The translations under genes and the position numbers were made by a program. The notes under the pieces are model-generated. The model saw only the letters and a program-made list of their open reading frames with translations. It did not search any database and had not been told where the DNA came from. This document shows, one piece after another, positions 35,894-46,039 of a stretch of DNA of 64,000 nt (position 1 is the stretch's first letter; the number at the start of each line of letters is the position of its first letter). The DNA is from Acidobacteriota bacterium. GTDB taxonomy: Bacteria > Acidobacteriota > UBA6911 > RPQK01 > JAJDTT01. The DNA is taken from the NCBI GenBank assembly GCA_965209055.1, contig OZ242374.1:338713-402712 (forward strand). Direction: 5' to 3'.

Positions 35894-37651
35894 CTACGGC
35901 TTCCACGGTATTCCGGAGCCTTCCTGGAGGGTGACGAGGCGATCCGCTTCCACCCCTTCCCAGATCTCGCTGCCACCCCCGGGCCAGTGGACGATGACGG
36001 CCTCGACCTCTTTGTCCCGGCCCAAGCCGAAGTGCACCCGATGGTCGTTGGCGTTCAGATAGCTGCCGTCGGTATGTGCGCGGCGCCATAACGTCCTCTG
36101 ACCCTGGCGCTGCACTCCCACCCTCGCTCCGACCCCGTCGCGGTTGCTTTGCACCCCCTGCAGTCGAACCTGCAGCCAGTGGTGCCGCGACCCGGTCCCG
36201 TTCAACAGCAACCGCACCGGTCCGTTGTTGTTGGTGATCAGAATGTCCACGTCACCGTCGTTGTCCATGTCGCCGAAGGCCGCTCCCCGGCTCACTTCCG
36301 ACAGTTGCAGGGCCGGTCCCGCCTCGGCAGTCGTTTCCCGATAGTTGCCCTTCCCGTCGTTGTGGAACAGTTGGTTGATTTGATCGTAGGCATAGTCGGC
36401 CGGTTCGGCCAGCCGCATCATTCGCACCGCGCCATTGGCCATGAACAGATCCAGGTGCCCGTCATTGTCGTAGTCGAACCACCGGGTGCCGAAACCGGTG
36501 AAATTGTGAACCCGGGTCAATCCGAAACGGCTGGTCTGGTCGGAAAAGCCGCCGGCGCCATCGTTCAGGTAGAGGGTGTGGGTCTCTTCCGTCAGATGGG
36601 TCATGAAGAGGTCTTCGCTGCCGTCGTTGTTGAAATCGGCGGCCGTGACCCCCATGCTGGCTTCCGCCTGGCCGTCGACGTTGAACGCCGTCCCTGAGAA
36701 CAACCCCGCCTCTTCGAAGCTTCCGTTTCCCCGGTTGAGCCAGAGTTGATTGGGAGTCTTGTCATTGGCGACGTAGATATCCGTCCAACCGTCAACATTG
36801 AAGTCCGCGCAAACGACGCCCAATCCATTGCCGAACGCGGCCGCCAGGCCCGCCTGCTCCGTCACGTCGACAAATCGGCGCCCACCGTCGTTGCGAAAGA
36901 ACCGGTCCGGCAAAGGGGAATAGACTGTGGGGAAACAGTAATCCCTGGCGCCCGCGGTTCTGCAAACCTGGTTTCCCGCGACCGTGAACCCAACGTAGTT
37001 TGTCAGGAACAAATCTAGGTCGCCGTCGCGATCGTAGTCCAGGAAGGCGGCGCTGGTGGTCCAGCGGGAATCCTCGGCTCCCACTCCCTTCATTGGGGTG
37101 AAGGTCCCGTCTCCGTTGTTGCGATACAGGAGATTGGGTCCGTAGTTGGTCAGGTAGAGGTCGAGGTCTCCGTCGTTGTCGTAGTCCCCAACCGCGGCCC
37201 CCATCCCGTAGCTGACCGAGTCGACTCCGGCTTGGGCGGTGACCTCCCTGAACTTGAGACTTCCGCCGGGGATCAGATCGTTTCGATACAACCGGTGCCC
37301 CGGTTTCCACCCGGGATCTGGAGGAAACCAGGACTGGGAGGGAGTCTTGGCCGGTTCCAGCATCGCGCCTTGCACCAGGTAGACATCCAGGTCGCCGTCG
37401 CCGTCGTAGTCCAACAGGGCGGCTCCGGAGCCCACGATTTCAGGCAGGTAAAACTTGCCGCCGGCCCCGTTGAAGTGCTGGAAATCCAGCCCCACCCGGG
37501 AAGCCGCTTCCGAGAAAAGGGGAGTTGGAAGCGATGGGTCTTGCGCCACAAGAGCCGGCCAGGCCGAGGCTCCCCAGAGGAGTCCGGCCAGCAGCCGGCC
37601 GGCGGGCCGTCGGCAGGACCGCCGGGCCGGAGAGGCAGCCACCTTTCTCAT
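35894..37651 (-). CDS. CRTAC1 family protein (FG-GAP/VCBS repeats + UnbV/ASPIC C-terminal domain), copy A
   Basis: Repeated Ca-binding-type loops (DYDGDGDLD, DYDNDGDLD, DYDRDGDLD, DFNNDGSED, DYDNDGHLD, DMDNDGDVD). C-terminal SNRDGVGARV...HFGLG...VHWPGGG. ATGA overlap with the upstream TPR gene. Confidence 0.85.
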   Translation of the reverse strand: MRKVAASPARRSCRRPAGRLLAGLLWGASAWPALVAQDPSLPTPLFSEAASRVGLDFQHFNGAGGKFYLPEIVGSGAALLDYDGDGDLDVYLVQGAMLEPAKTPSQSWFPPDPGWKPGHRLYRNDLIPGGSLKFREVTAQAGVDSVSYGMGAAVGDYDNDGDLDLYLTNYGPNLLYRNNGDGTFTPMKGVGAEDSRWTTSAAFLDYDRDGDLDLFLTNYVGFTVAGNQVCRTAGARDYCFPTVYSPLPDRFFRNDGGRRFVDVTEQAGLAAAFGNGLGVVCADFNVDGWTDIYVANDKTPNQLWLNRGNGSFEEAGLFSGTAFNVDGQAEASMGVTAADFNNDGSEDLFMTHLTEETHTLYLNDGAGGFSDQTSRFGLTRVHNFTGFGTRWFDYDNDGHLDLFMANGAVRMMRLAEPADYAYDQINQLFHNDGKGNYRETTAEAGPALQLSEVSRGAAFGDMDNDGDVDILITNNNGPVRLLLNGTGSRHHWLQVRLQGVQSNRDGVGARVGVQRQGQRTLWRRAHTDGSYLNANDHRVHFGLGRDKEVEAVIVHWPGGGSEIWEGVEADRLVTLQEGSGIPWKP

Positions 37652-39057
37652 GGCCGCTTGCCCGCCTGCCGCAACCTTTGCAGGAACTTCCCGACATCGG
37701 CCGCCAGTTCACGCTTCCCCATGGAAAAGGCCTTTGCCTGGGCCTTTACGGCAGAGTCGACGGCTTTATCAATCTTGCCCAGACGGGCGTAGCTGTGAGC
37801 CAGTACGTAATGGCGCACCGGGGTTCCCTCATCCTCTACCGTCAGGGTCTTCAGGAAGTGACCGATCGCCTCCGCATTCCTCCCTTGTTTCTGAAGCAGC
37901 AGCCCCAACTGAAAATGGGCATCCATGAATTGCGACCGATTCTCGATCGCCAGGCGAAAGCGTTCTTCCGCCTCTCTCACCTGACCGCCGTTTGCCAGAT
38001 TGGCGCCCAATAGGTAATGCGACTCGGCCCGGTAAGGATCGAGCTCCAGAGCTTTCCGGAACGCTGCTTCAGCGTCCCGATCACGCTTCTGTAGCGTGCG
38101 TAGAATACCCAGATTGTGGTGGATTTCGTGAAGCCGGGGATCGAGTTTGTGCGCCGCCCGGTAATGTTCTTCCGCTTTGACCAGGTCTCCCAGGGTGAGA
38201 AAGCTGAAGAACAGGTTGGCGTGCGCCCCGGCATGCCGGGGGTCTTCTTTCAGGGCCCGCTCAAACTCGCCAAGTGCTTCAGAGATTCGTGCTTTCCGCT
38301 GAAATCCCAGTCCTCGCAGGTAGTGGTATTCCGCCTTTGATTGAAGCCGGCGGAGCGAATCCAACAGAGGGTCCACCAGGGGAGGCGGATCCCCCTGAAC
38401 CCGTTGAAAAAGGAGTAGATGCCGGCGAGCCTTCTCTTTTTCTCCCAGGTTGCGGTACACGGTGCCGAGCCCATAGTGGGCGGCGCCAAAATCGGGCGCC
38501 AACCGGGAAGCGGTCCGGTAGCTCTTCAAGGCTGCCCGAGTCTCGCCTCGAGCAAACTGGACCCGGCCGAGTCCGTAATGGGCACGGGCAGAATCGGGAT
38601 GTTGCCGAACCACCTGGCGATAAATCTTTCCGCTCTCATCCCAGTCGCCCACCGTCCGAAGCAGTTTGCCGAGTCTCAGTTGCGCCGGAAGATAGTCCGG
38701 GGCCAATTCGACGGCTCTCCGAAAGGCGGGAATCGCTTCTGCCTCCCGGCCGGTCGCGGTCATGGCGACGCCCAGATAGTACGGCCAGCGAAAGTCGGAT
38801 GGTTCGATGGACCCGACCCGCCGGTAAAACGTGGAGGCGAGTTCATATTGTCCGAAACCGTGCAGGAGCATTGCCAGCCGGCCATTGAGTTCGCTATCCG
38901 CCGGGTTTGCCAGAGCTTCCCGGTAGGTTTCAAGCAGCCGTTGACGGTCACGGGGCTCGAAAGCGGCCAGCAACCGTTCGGCCAATTGGGGCGGTGGAGG
39001 CGATTCCGGGGTCGCGGCAGCGATGAAAACCAAACTCAAGGTCCAAAGCGGCAGCAT
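37648..39057 (-). CDS. TPR-repeat protein, copy A (partner of CRTAC1 copy A)
   Basis: N-terminal signal-like MLPLWTLSLVFIAAA, with more than 10 TPR-type repeats. It ends ...FLQRLRQAGKRP, like 54239..55648. Confidence 0.8.
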   Translation of the reverse strand: MLPLWTLSLVFIAAATPESPPPPQLAERLLAAFEPRDRQRLLETYREALANPADSELNGRLAMLLHGFGQYELASTFYRRVGSIEPSDFRWPYYLGVAMTATGREAEAIPAFRRAVELAPDYLPAQLRLGKLLRTVGDWDESGKIYRQVVRQHPDSARAHYGLGRVQFARGETRAALKSYRTASRLAPDFGAAHYGLGTVYRNLGEKEKARRHLLLFQRVQGDPPPLVDPLLDSLRRLQSKAEYHYLRGLGFQRKARISEALGEFERALKEDPRHAGAHANLFFSFLTLGDLVKAEEHYRAAHKLDPRLHEIHHNLGILRTLQKRDRDAEAAFRKALELDPYRAESHYLLGANLANGGQVREAEERFRLAIENRSQFMDAHFQLGLLLQKQGRNAEAIGHFLKTLTVEDEGTPVRHYVLAHSYARLGKIDKAVDSAVKAQAKAFSMGKRELAADVGKFLQRLRQAGKRP

Positions 39058-39167
39058 GGTCCTGATGATACCTGTTTGCCAAAAATGGGCTCAAGATGAG
39101 GGGCGCACCGGCGAACACCGGAATTGCTGACAAGAAAAGCGTTTTCTGACCGGGCCGTCCGTGTTTG

Positions 39168-39195
39168 TTGTACCGAACGGAGCGGAGGGTATAAT
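39168..39195 (+). promoter_or_regulatory. Sigma70-like promoter candidate for the GWxTD-cytochrome pair
   Basis: TTGTAC (39168-39173), a 16-nt spacer, then a perfect TATAAT (39190-39195), 45 nt upstream of ATG 39241. Confidence 0.35.
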
Positions 39196-39240
39196 GGGAC
39201 CAATTCACCGTCGGTCGGGGTCAGGTTCTCCGAGGTGCCA

Positions 39241-40869
39241 ATGTCAAGAACCTTCGCAGGTTCTCCCGTGAGTGGCAGGTTCCTTCTGCTTGCCTTGTTT
39301 CTGGTTCTGCTCCCGGTCCAGGCCAAAGAGAAGAAGCGGGACGACCGGGCCGTTCTCCAGGAAGAGCAGGAGGACTACTTCAAGAAGTGGCTCAAGGAGG
39401 ACGTCGTCTACATCATCACCGATGAGGAGCGGGGCGTGTTCAACGGCCTGGGCACCATGGACGAGAAGGAACAGTTCATCGAGCAGTTCTGGCGCCGGCG
39501 CGACCCGGATGCGAGAACGGCCGTCAACGAATACAAGGAAGAACATTACCGTCGTATTGCCTACGCCAACGACCATTTCTTCAGCGCCAAGGCCGGGTGG
39601 AGAACAGATCGCGGCAGGACCTACATCCTCTGGGGCCCGCCCGACGACCGCGAAATGCGTCCCTCGGGCGGCCGCTATGAAAGGCTGATCTACGAGGGCG
39701 GGGGAACGACGACGACCTATCCCTTCGAGCGCTGGATCTATCGCCACATTCCAGGGATCGGGTCCGGTGTCGAGTTGGAATTCGTCGACCAGTCAGGTAC
39801 CGGTGAATACCGTCTGGCGCTGGGTATGGAGGAGAAAGATGCGCTCCTCCACAGCGAAGGCGGATTGACCATGGCAGAACAACTCGGGATGATGGACAAG
39901 TCCGAACGCCCTTATTTTACTCCATCCAATGCCCATAACCCCTTTATTCAGGGGATCACCGGCATGCGCGCAAAAGATCGTCCTTTCGCTCGCATGGCGC
40001 GCTACTTCGATGTTCAGAAGGCTCCCGATATTCGGTACAAAGACCTCCAGAAGCTGGTCGACAGCAGAGTCTTGTATCACAGCCTGCCGTTCGACCTCAG
40101 CAGCAACGCGATCAAACTGGACGATGCCAGGGCGCTGGTTGCCATTACCGTGGAGGTGCGCAACCAGGATCTGACATTTCAGGAGAAATCCGGCATCCGC
40201 CAGGCCCACCTTCGACTCTATGGACGCGTGCTGAATGTGAGCGGCCGAATGCTGACCGAGTTTGAGCAGGAACTGGCCATTGACTACGCAGCCGAAGAAT
40301 TCGAAACCAGCTTGACGGAACGGTCCGTTTATCAGAATCAGATCGCAGTCCCGGCTGGCCTCTACAAGCTGACTCTGATCCTTGAAGACTTGCACGGTGA
40401 AAGGATGGGTTCAACGGAGACTCGTATACCGGCTCCCAGATATGACGAAAAACAACTTGCTGCCTCTCTGATTCTGGCCCAGTCGATTCAGCAGCTTGGT
40501 GCGGTGCCGGATACGATCCGGATGTTCGTGCTCGGCGACCTGAAAGTGATCCCCAGTGTCAGCCGTACGTTTGTCTCTGACGCTTCACTGCCGGTCTATC
40601 TTCAGGTGTACAACCTGCAGGTGGATCAGGCCCTGGACAGACCGGATCCTGAAATCGTCTACGAAATCAGCAGGAAGGGGAAAGTCGTCAAGACCGTCTC
40701 CGGCATTGGCGGCCGGAACCTTGCCTATTTCTCACCGGAACGCGCGGTTTTCGTTCGACATCTTGACTTGGAGGGACTCCCGCTTGGGGACTATTCGTTG
40801 CGAGTGGCCGTACGTGACGGCATTTCCGGAGAATCGTCCGTAACCCGCGATCGATTCAAGATTCAATGA
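39241..40869 (+). CDS. GWxTD domain-containing secreted protein
   Basis: Signal peptide MSRTFAGSPVSGRFLLLALFLVLLPVQA. FWRRRDP ... AKAGWRTDRGRTYILWGPPD matches the GWxTD motif. Confidence 0.8.
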   Translation: MSRTFAGSPVSGRFLLLALFLVLLPVQAKEKKRDDRAVLQEEQEDYFKKWLKEDVVYIITDEERGVFNGLGTMDEKEQFIEQFWRRRDPDARTAVNEYKEEHYRRIAYANDHFFSAKAGWRTDRGRTYILWGPPDDREMRPSGGRYERLIYEGGGTTTTYPFERWIYRHIPGIGSGVELEFVDQSGTGEYRLALGMEEKDALLHSEGGLTMAEQLGMMDKSERPYFTPSNAHNPFIQGITGMRAKDRPFARMARYFDVQKAPDIRYKDLQKLVDSRVLYHSLPFDLSSNAIKLDDARALVAITVEVRNQDLTFQEKSGIRQAHLRLYGRVLNVSGRMLTEFEQELAIDYAAEEFETSLTERSVYQNQIAVPAGLYKLTLILEDLHGERMGSTETRIPAPRYDEKQLAASLILAQSIQQLGAVPDTIRMFVLGDLKVIPSVSRTFVSDASLPVYLQVYNLQVDQALDRPDPEIVYEISRKGKVVKTVSGIGGRNLAYFSPERAVFVRHLDLEGLPLGDYSLRVAVRDGISGESSVTRDRFKIQ

Positions 40870-40876
40870 CAAACCG

Positions 40877-43222
40877 GTGTCTGGCAAAGTACTGATCGGA
40901 ACCGGCGTCGCCGGGTGGGCCATTCTGGTATTTGCGGCGGCGCTTCCGGCGCTCATTCCGCACGGTTCGACCGCGCAGACGACACCTCTCTCCACAGCCG
41001 AGCCTCGTCACGCCGAAGGCTATGCCGGGCAAGAGACGTGCGCGAGCTGCCACAGGGAAATCACCGACTCCTACCAAAGGGTTGCGATGTCACGGTCGTT
41101 CTCTCGACCCACGCCTGCGAACACGATTGAGGACTACGAAAAAAACAACAGTTTTTTCCACGAAAAGTCGGAATTTTATTACACCATGCTCAAGCGCGGC
41201 GGGCGCTATTTTCAGCGCCGCAGCCTCAAGAACAAGCAGGGGGAGCCCGTTCACGTTCATGAAGAGGAGATCACCTACATCCTGGGTTCGGGTGATCATG
41301 CCCGCTCCTATTTTCATCATCATCCCAATGGCGTGATCACCAAGTTGCCCGTCACCTGGTACACACAGGAACAACGCTGGGGAATGTCTCCCGGCTACGA
41401 CGTCCCGGATCATCTCGACTTCACCCGCCCCATACCGCAGGGGTGTTTTTTTTGCCACACGTCCTACCCTCGGCTCATCCCGCAAAGGTCCGAGGACGAG
41501 GTCTACTTCCCCAACTCTCTTCCGGCCGGCATCGGTTGCGAGCGTTGCCACGGACCGGGCAGCGAACATGTCCGCCTGGTCTTGGAGAAAGCTCCCGCGG
41601 AAGAGTTCAAGAAGGCGATCTACCACCCCGGGCTGGATTCGAAACAGGCTCAGAGAGATCTCTGTTACCAATGCCACGTGGAGACCAACGTCTACAGCGT
41701 GGCAACCAGAGTCATCGTGCCGGGCCGGGAAACCTTCTCCTACCGGCCGGGAGAAACTTTTTCCGATTACGCAGTCCGCTTCAAGCTTCGGGGCGTGGAC
41801 GACAAGAGCAAACAATTCGACATGGTGAAGCAGCATGGCGATCTGATGGAAGAATCGAAATGCTTTCAAGCCAGCAGCGGCGCCATGACCTGTACCACCT
41901 GCCATGATCCCCACGTGAAGGTCTCTCATGAAGAGAGCGCCGATTTCTACCGCGCCCGCTGCCTTTCCTGCCATGTCTCGAGTGAGCTCAACAGCACCCA
42001 CAAACCTGTCGAAGTCGAGGGGAACTGCGCCGCTTGCCACATGCCCTCGGGAGACCCGACCGGCGACAGCCCCGATATTTCTTTCGAGGAGCTTCGGCGG
42101 GGAAATCAACGCACCCGTCACATCGTTTTTACCAACCATAGAATCGGTATCCACTCCAGAGGAGAAGTGCCCGCCGATCTGGGTCAGAACACCCTCTACG
42201 AACTGGAACCTTCAACCGAATCGCTGTCCGAGACCGAGAATCTATTTTTTATGGGAGCGGCATTCCTGGATGCGACTCCGGCGGAACTGAGCGAACGCCC
42301 CAAACAGTTGGAAACCGGAATGGGGTTGTTGGAGCAGTACACAGAGAGGGCCGGCGGCCGCTACCGGACCGAGGCCTTCGCCCTGTTGGGGAAAGGCTAT
42401 GAAGTTTCGGGGGAAATCGATCGGGCGGTGGCAGCTTACGAGCGCTCGCTGGAAGGGCGGCCGGGCCAGTTGCTGCCTATGAGCAATCTGGCTTTGATCT
42501 ACGCCAATCGGGGAGACCACGACCGCGGCAAGTCTTACTTCTCCCGAGTGCTGGAGCGATTCCCGGAAAATGTTCCGGCACTTCACGGGCTGGGCGTCCT
42601 GGCTGCCGGGGCCGGAAAAAAACAGGAGGCGATCGGGTACTTCGAAAGAGCGACCCAGTTGTTTCCGCTTGCCGTCTTTTCCCACTATCACCTGGCCCAA
42701 ATGTACTTGCGCGACCAGGAGTGGGACAAAGCCTTTGCGGCGATCATGCGCACCCTGGCTGTTTCTCCAAGATTCGCTCCGGCATACCTGGACCTGGGAA
42801 ATCTTCACGCCCTCCAGAACCGGTTGTCCCCGGCCGGAGAAGCCTTCGAGCGGTTACTGACGTTGGATCCGAACAACGAAACCGCCTACAACGCGGTTTC
42901 CATCGTCGCGGCGCGGCAGGGCGCTTTCGAGCGGGCTATTGAAGTGCTGGAAAAGGCCGTCGAAAAAGGTGTTGCCGCGGAGGCAACCTTCCTGAATCTC
43001 GGTCGTTTCCGGGCTCAATCCGGTCATCTGGAGAGATCCGTCGAGTCGCTGCAACAGGCGTTGTCCCTGAACCCTCAAAGCGAAGAAGTTCTCTTGACCT
43101 TGGCGATGGTGCACTCGTTGAAGGACGAGCGTGCATTGGCGAGACAATTTCTCCAGCGGCTGCTCAAGCTGAATCCGGATCACGAGCAGGCGCGCCTCCT
43201 ATTGCAGAGGCTTGGACATTAG
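40877..43222 (+). CDS. Heptahaem c-type cytochrome (cytochrome c554-like family) fused to a C-terminal TPR array
   Basis: Seven CxxCH sites: CASCH, CFFCH, CERCH, CYQCH, CTTCH, CLSCH, CAACH. The C-terminal ~330 aa are TPR repeats. A GTG start is followed by a hydrophobic segment (VAGWAILVFAAALPALI). Confidence 0.8.
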   Translation: MSGKVLIGTGVAGWAILVFAAALPALIPHGSTAQTTPLSTAEPRHAEGYAGQETCASCHREITDSYQRVAMSRSFSRPTPANTIEDYEKNNSFFHEKSEFYYTMLKRGGRYFQRRSLKNKQGEPVHVHEEEITYILGSGDHARSYFHHHPNGVITKLPVTWYTQEQRWGMSPGYDVPDHLDFTRPIPQGCFFCHTSYPRLIPQRSEDEVYFPNSLPAGIGCERCHGPGSEHVRLVLEKAPAEEFKKAIYHPGLDSKQAQRDLCYQCHVETNVYSVATRVIVPGRETFSYRPGETFSDYAVRFKLRGVDDKSKQFDMVKQHGDLMEESKCFQASSGAMTCTTCHDPHVKVSHEESADFYRARCLSCHVSSELNSTHKPVEVEGNCAACHMPSGDPTGDSPDISFEELRRGNQRTRHIVFTNHRIGIHSRGEVPADLGQNTLYELEPSTESLSETENLFFMGAAFLDATPAELSERPKQLETGMGLLEQYTERAGGRYRTEAFALLGKGYEVSGEIDRAVAAYERSLEGRPGQLLPMSNLALIYANRGDHDRGKSYFSRVLERFPENVPALHGLGVLAAGAGKKQEAIGYFERATQLFPLAVFSHYHLAQMYLRDQEWDKAFAAIMRTLAVSPRFAPAYLDLGNLHALQNRLSPAGEAFERLLTLDPNNETAYNAVSIVAARQGAFERAIEVLEKAVEKGVAAEATFLNLGRFRAQSGHLERSVESLQQALSLNPQSEEVLLTLAMVHSLKDERALARQFLQRLLKLNPDHEQARLLLQRLGH

Positions 43223-43254
43223 TTGAGCTCGGTATTGGCTCTATCCCGTTACCT

Positions 43255-44031
43255 TTAACTGCCATGCCCTCTCAGGCGGGCGGCCGAGGTGTCGATGGCA
43301 CGCGCCAAGTGCGCCCAATCCACCCCCATGAGCACCCATTGGATCCCCTTTTCCGTCCACTCCATAAGCGCTTCCGGATCGTCGGCCAGACCGATTCCGG
43401 GAAAGACGCCGGCTTGATGTGCCGTGGTCACGACCGTTTCAACGGCTCTCTGCACCTCCGGATGCTGAGGATTTCCCATATGCCCCATGGAACCGGCCAA
43501 GTCGTTGACTCCGATCATGATCGCGGTGAGTCCCGGCACGCGAACCATTTCGTCGATCACGTTGACGGCGTCGATGTGCTCGATCTGCACGATGCAGACG
43601 ATTTCCCGGTTGGCTCGCCGGCAGTACTCTGCGTCCCCGATGCGACCGTATCGAATCGGCCGTCGTGGACCGAATCCCCGCTCTCCCTCCGGCGGATACA
43701 AGCAGGCCGAGACGGCTAGCTGAACGTCTTCGACCGTGCGGACGAGCGGGACCACAATTCCGTCTGCCCCGATGTCCAACACCGGCTTGATCAAGACGGC
43801 ATCATTCCAGGCAACACGCACCAACGCCGCGGCGTCGCTACCCTTGGTCGCCATGATGTGACCCTGAACCGTTTCCAGGGAATGACCATTGTGCTCCATG
43901 TCGATGAAGGCAAAATCGAGCGTGTGAGAGATCAGCTCGGTCACGGTGGGATCCGAAAAGCTCACTCCGCAACCAAGCGGGATCTGTCCGCTTTCCAGCT
44001 TGGCCCTGAACGTGTTGGCGTTCTCCATCAA
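43255..44031 (-). CDS. HpcH/HpaI family aldolase
   Basis: ELISHTLDFAFIDMEHNGHSLETV ... VRVAWNDAVLIKPVLDIGADGIVVPLV is the typical HpcH/HpaI pattern; 258 aa. Confidence 0.8.
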   Translation of the reverse strand: MMENANTFRAKLESGQIPLGCGVSFSDPTVTELISHTLDFAFIDMEHNGHSLETVQGHIMATKGSDAAALVRVAWNDAVLIKPVLDIGADGIVVPLVRTVEDVQLAVSACLYPPEGERGFGPRRPIRYGRIGDAEYCRRANREIVCIVQIEHIDAVNVIDEMVRVPGLTAIMIGVNDLAGSMGHMGNPQHPEVQRAVETVVTTAHQAGVFPGIGLADDPEALMEWTEKGIQWVLMGVDWAHLARAIDTSAARLRGHGS

Positions 44032-44144
44032 AACCCCCTTCTTGGATCGCTTGAAAGCTGTTGCGTCGATTGAAAACTAATGGTTGATCTGTCGCTTGGC
44101 CGTTTCGGAAACAGGGGTTGGGGTGGTCAAAATGAATTCAACCA

Positions 44145-45032
44145 CTATCCGATTCCTATCGATCTCAAGTACTCCCGGTTTCGCTTGGCGATGGGCAATG
44201 GTTTGTCGAACGCCACGGGATACATGTCTTGTTCAACAATGGCCCAGCCGTCATATTCGATTTCCTGCAGCAAATCTCGCAAGGCAATGTAATCCACCAC
44301 TCCTTTTGAGAGTTCACAGAACATGCCCATGGCGACGGCATGAATAAACGGTATTTCCTCAGCCACCACTTGCCGGCGAAGTTCAGGGTCCACGCTCTTG
44401 AGATGAAGGTAAGGGATCCTCTCGTGGTGCTTGCGCACGAAGGCGACCGGGTCCACCCCGCGGTAGGCCAGATGACCAACGTCCTGGCCCAGGGAGATCA
44501 CCTCGGGGTCGGTATCTTCCAGTAGCTTCTCAATCTGGTCTTCAAAGGCGACGTGGGAATCGGGGCTGGAATGATAAACCAACTGGATCTCGAATTTTTC
44601 CCGCGCCAGGATTGCCGCCCGGTGGGTGGTGTCGATCAGGCGCTTCCACGCGTCCTCATCCAATCGTTCCGGCTTGATTCGTTCGCCGGTAAACCAATCC
44701 GTGTGCAGGTCGTCGATCAAGACCAGAAATCGCGCGTCCAGTCCCGCCAGCAACTCTCCGACTTCCAATAGCTGCGACTCCAACCCCGGCCAGGCTTCCG
44801 GGTCTTCGAGATGAGCCATGAGAAAAGTGCCCGTGACCTTCAAATTCCGCCGGCTCAATTGCCGGCGCAAGACGTTGAGATCTTGCGGGAAATAACCATA
44901 GGGGCCCAGTTCGATCCACTCATAGCCGGCCTCCGCCACCTCGTCGAGAAACCTCCGCCAGGGGATCTGTTTCGGATCTTCCCCAAACCACACGCCCCAG
45001 GAATCCGGACAGCTACCTACCTTGACGTTCAT
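44145..45032 (-). CDS. Sugar phosphate isomerase/epimerase (xylose isomerase-like TIM barrel)
   Basis: CPDSWGVWF ... AGYEWIELGPYGY N-terminus and overall 295-aa TIM-barrel family look (IolE-like). Confidence 0.7.
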   Translation of the reverse strand: MNVKVGSCPDSWGVWFGEDPKQIPWRRFLDEVAEAGYEWIELGPYGYFPQDLNVLRRQLSRRNLKVTGTFLMAHLEDPEAWPGLESQLLEVGELLAGLDARFLVLIDDLHTDWFTGERIKPERLDEDAWKRLIDTTHRAAILAREKFEIQLVYHSSPDSHVAFEDQIEKLLEDTDPEVISLGQDVGHLAYRGVDPVAFVRKHHERIPYLHLKSVDPELRRQVVAEEIPFIHAVAMGMFCELSKGVVDYIALRDLLQEIEYDGWAIVEQDMYPVAFDKPLPIAKRNREYLRSIGIG

Positions 45033-45051
45033 TGTTGGAATCTCCTATTGG

Positions 45052-46035
45052 TTATTGATCCGGACGCAAAACTGCGCCTTCCTGCGCCGCATTGTCGATC
45101 TCTTCCGCCAGACGAGCCAGTTCCTGCCCCTTTTCAGCCTGTTCCGCCGCCAGGCGTATTCTTGCCTCTTCGAGGATGGCATCAATGCTCTTCCCGGCCC
45201 ATTCGTAATCGCGGGCCTGTTGCATGATCGAATGAATTCGCTCCAAATGAGTCTTGGAGCGCTCGGCAGCCGGAGAATCCAGAATGGAGGCTCGGGCATA
45301 GGCAGCCACTGCAGCCTTCGGATTGCGAGAGCTTCCCTGCGCAAAGCCCAGTCGGAAGGCAGCGTAAGCATGCTCAGGGTCCATTTCCAGTGTCTTGCTG
45401 AAGTGCTCAACCGCCTGTCGAAGTTCCTTGGGTGAACCGGCCGATTGCTGCCAAAGCTCCAAATGGGCGCGACCCAAGGCATAGTGGGCGTCGGCCTGCA
45501 ATCCCTGCCGTTGATTGACCCATTCGGAGGATGCCATTTTGCCGGGTTTTTCCAAATTCTCCAACAACAGCAGGGCCCGATTGGCGTACTCGCTGGCCTT
45601 GGCCGTTTGGCGTCTTTCGGAATAGAGGTAAGCCAATGGGGCCAGCAACTGAGGCACTTCGGGCAACTCAAGCAGGGCTTGTTCAGCATGCAGGATAAAG
45701 TTGTCGACATCATTCACCTGATAAGCCGCGTCCGCCAAGACATGGTGGGCAAAGGCCGTCAGGCCGCTGTTGGGAAAGCTCTCCAGAAACCTCATGGCCA
45801 ATTCGGCCTTTTCCGAAAGTCTGCCGGCTCGTTCCACCGCTTGCCAAGCATCGAACTCCGCTTTCTCTCTGGGCTCACCGACGACGCGGGCAGGCTGTTC
45901 GGGTTCTTGCTGGTCTTGAGATGGCTGCTGAGATGTTTGTTGGCGTTCCGGTGCCCTCTCCTGTGCTGTCAAATGGTTGGAGAACGGACTCAGCACCAGC
46001 ACCGACAAAACCACGCGAGAATACTTCAGCGCCAT
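45052..46035 (-). CDS. Secreted TPR-like protein
   Basis: Signal peptide MALKYSRVVLSVLVLSPFSNHLTAQ, then a Gln/Pro-rich linker and helical repeat content. Confidence 0.6.
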   Translation of the reverse strand: MALKYSRVVLSVLVLSPFSNHLTAQERAPERQQTSQQPSQDQQEPEQPARVVGEPREKAEFDAWQAVERAGRLSEKAELAMRFLESFPNSGLTAFAHHVLADAAYQVNDVDNFILHAEQALLELPEVPQLLAPLAYLYSERRQTAKASEYANRALLLLENLEKPGKMASSEWVNQRQGLQADAHYALGRAHLELWQQSAGSPKELRQAVEHFSKTLEMDPEHAYAAFRLGFAQGSSRNPKAAVAAYARASILDSPAAERSKTHLERIHSIMQQARDYEWAGKSIDAILEEARIRLAAEQAEKGQELARLAEEIDNAAQEGAVLRPDQ

Positions 46036-46039
46036 CTTC

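Noticed and set aside
36149-36697. A 182-aa ORF with a near-identical twin at 56602-57150.
   Set aside because: Both are antisense to the duplicated CRTAC1 genes. Their identity simply reflects the inverted duplication, not a conserved gene.
41090-42154. A 354-aa ORF antisense to the heptahaem cytochrome-TPR gene. Similar cases are 48603-49595, 51272-52501, 55504-56424, 26224-27129, 27160-28065, 19522-20391 and 20262-21224.
   Set aside because: All are antisense to genes with clear motifs or signals, and their translations are compositionally biased shadow ORFs.
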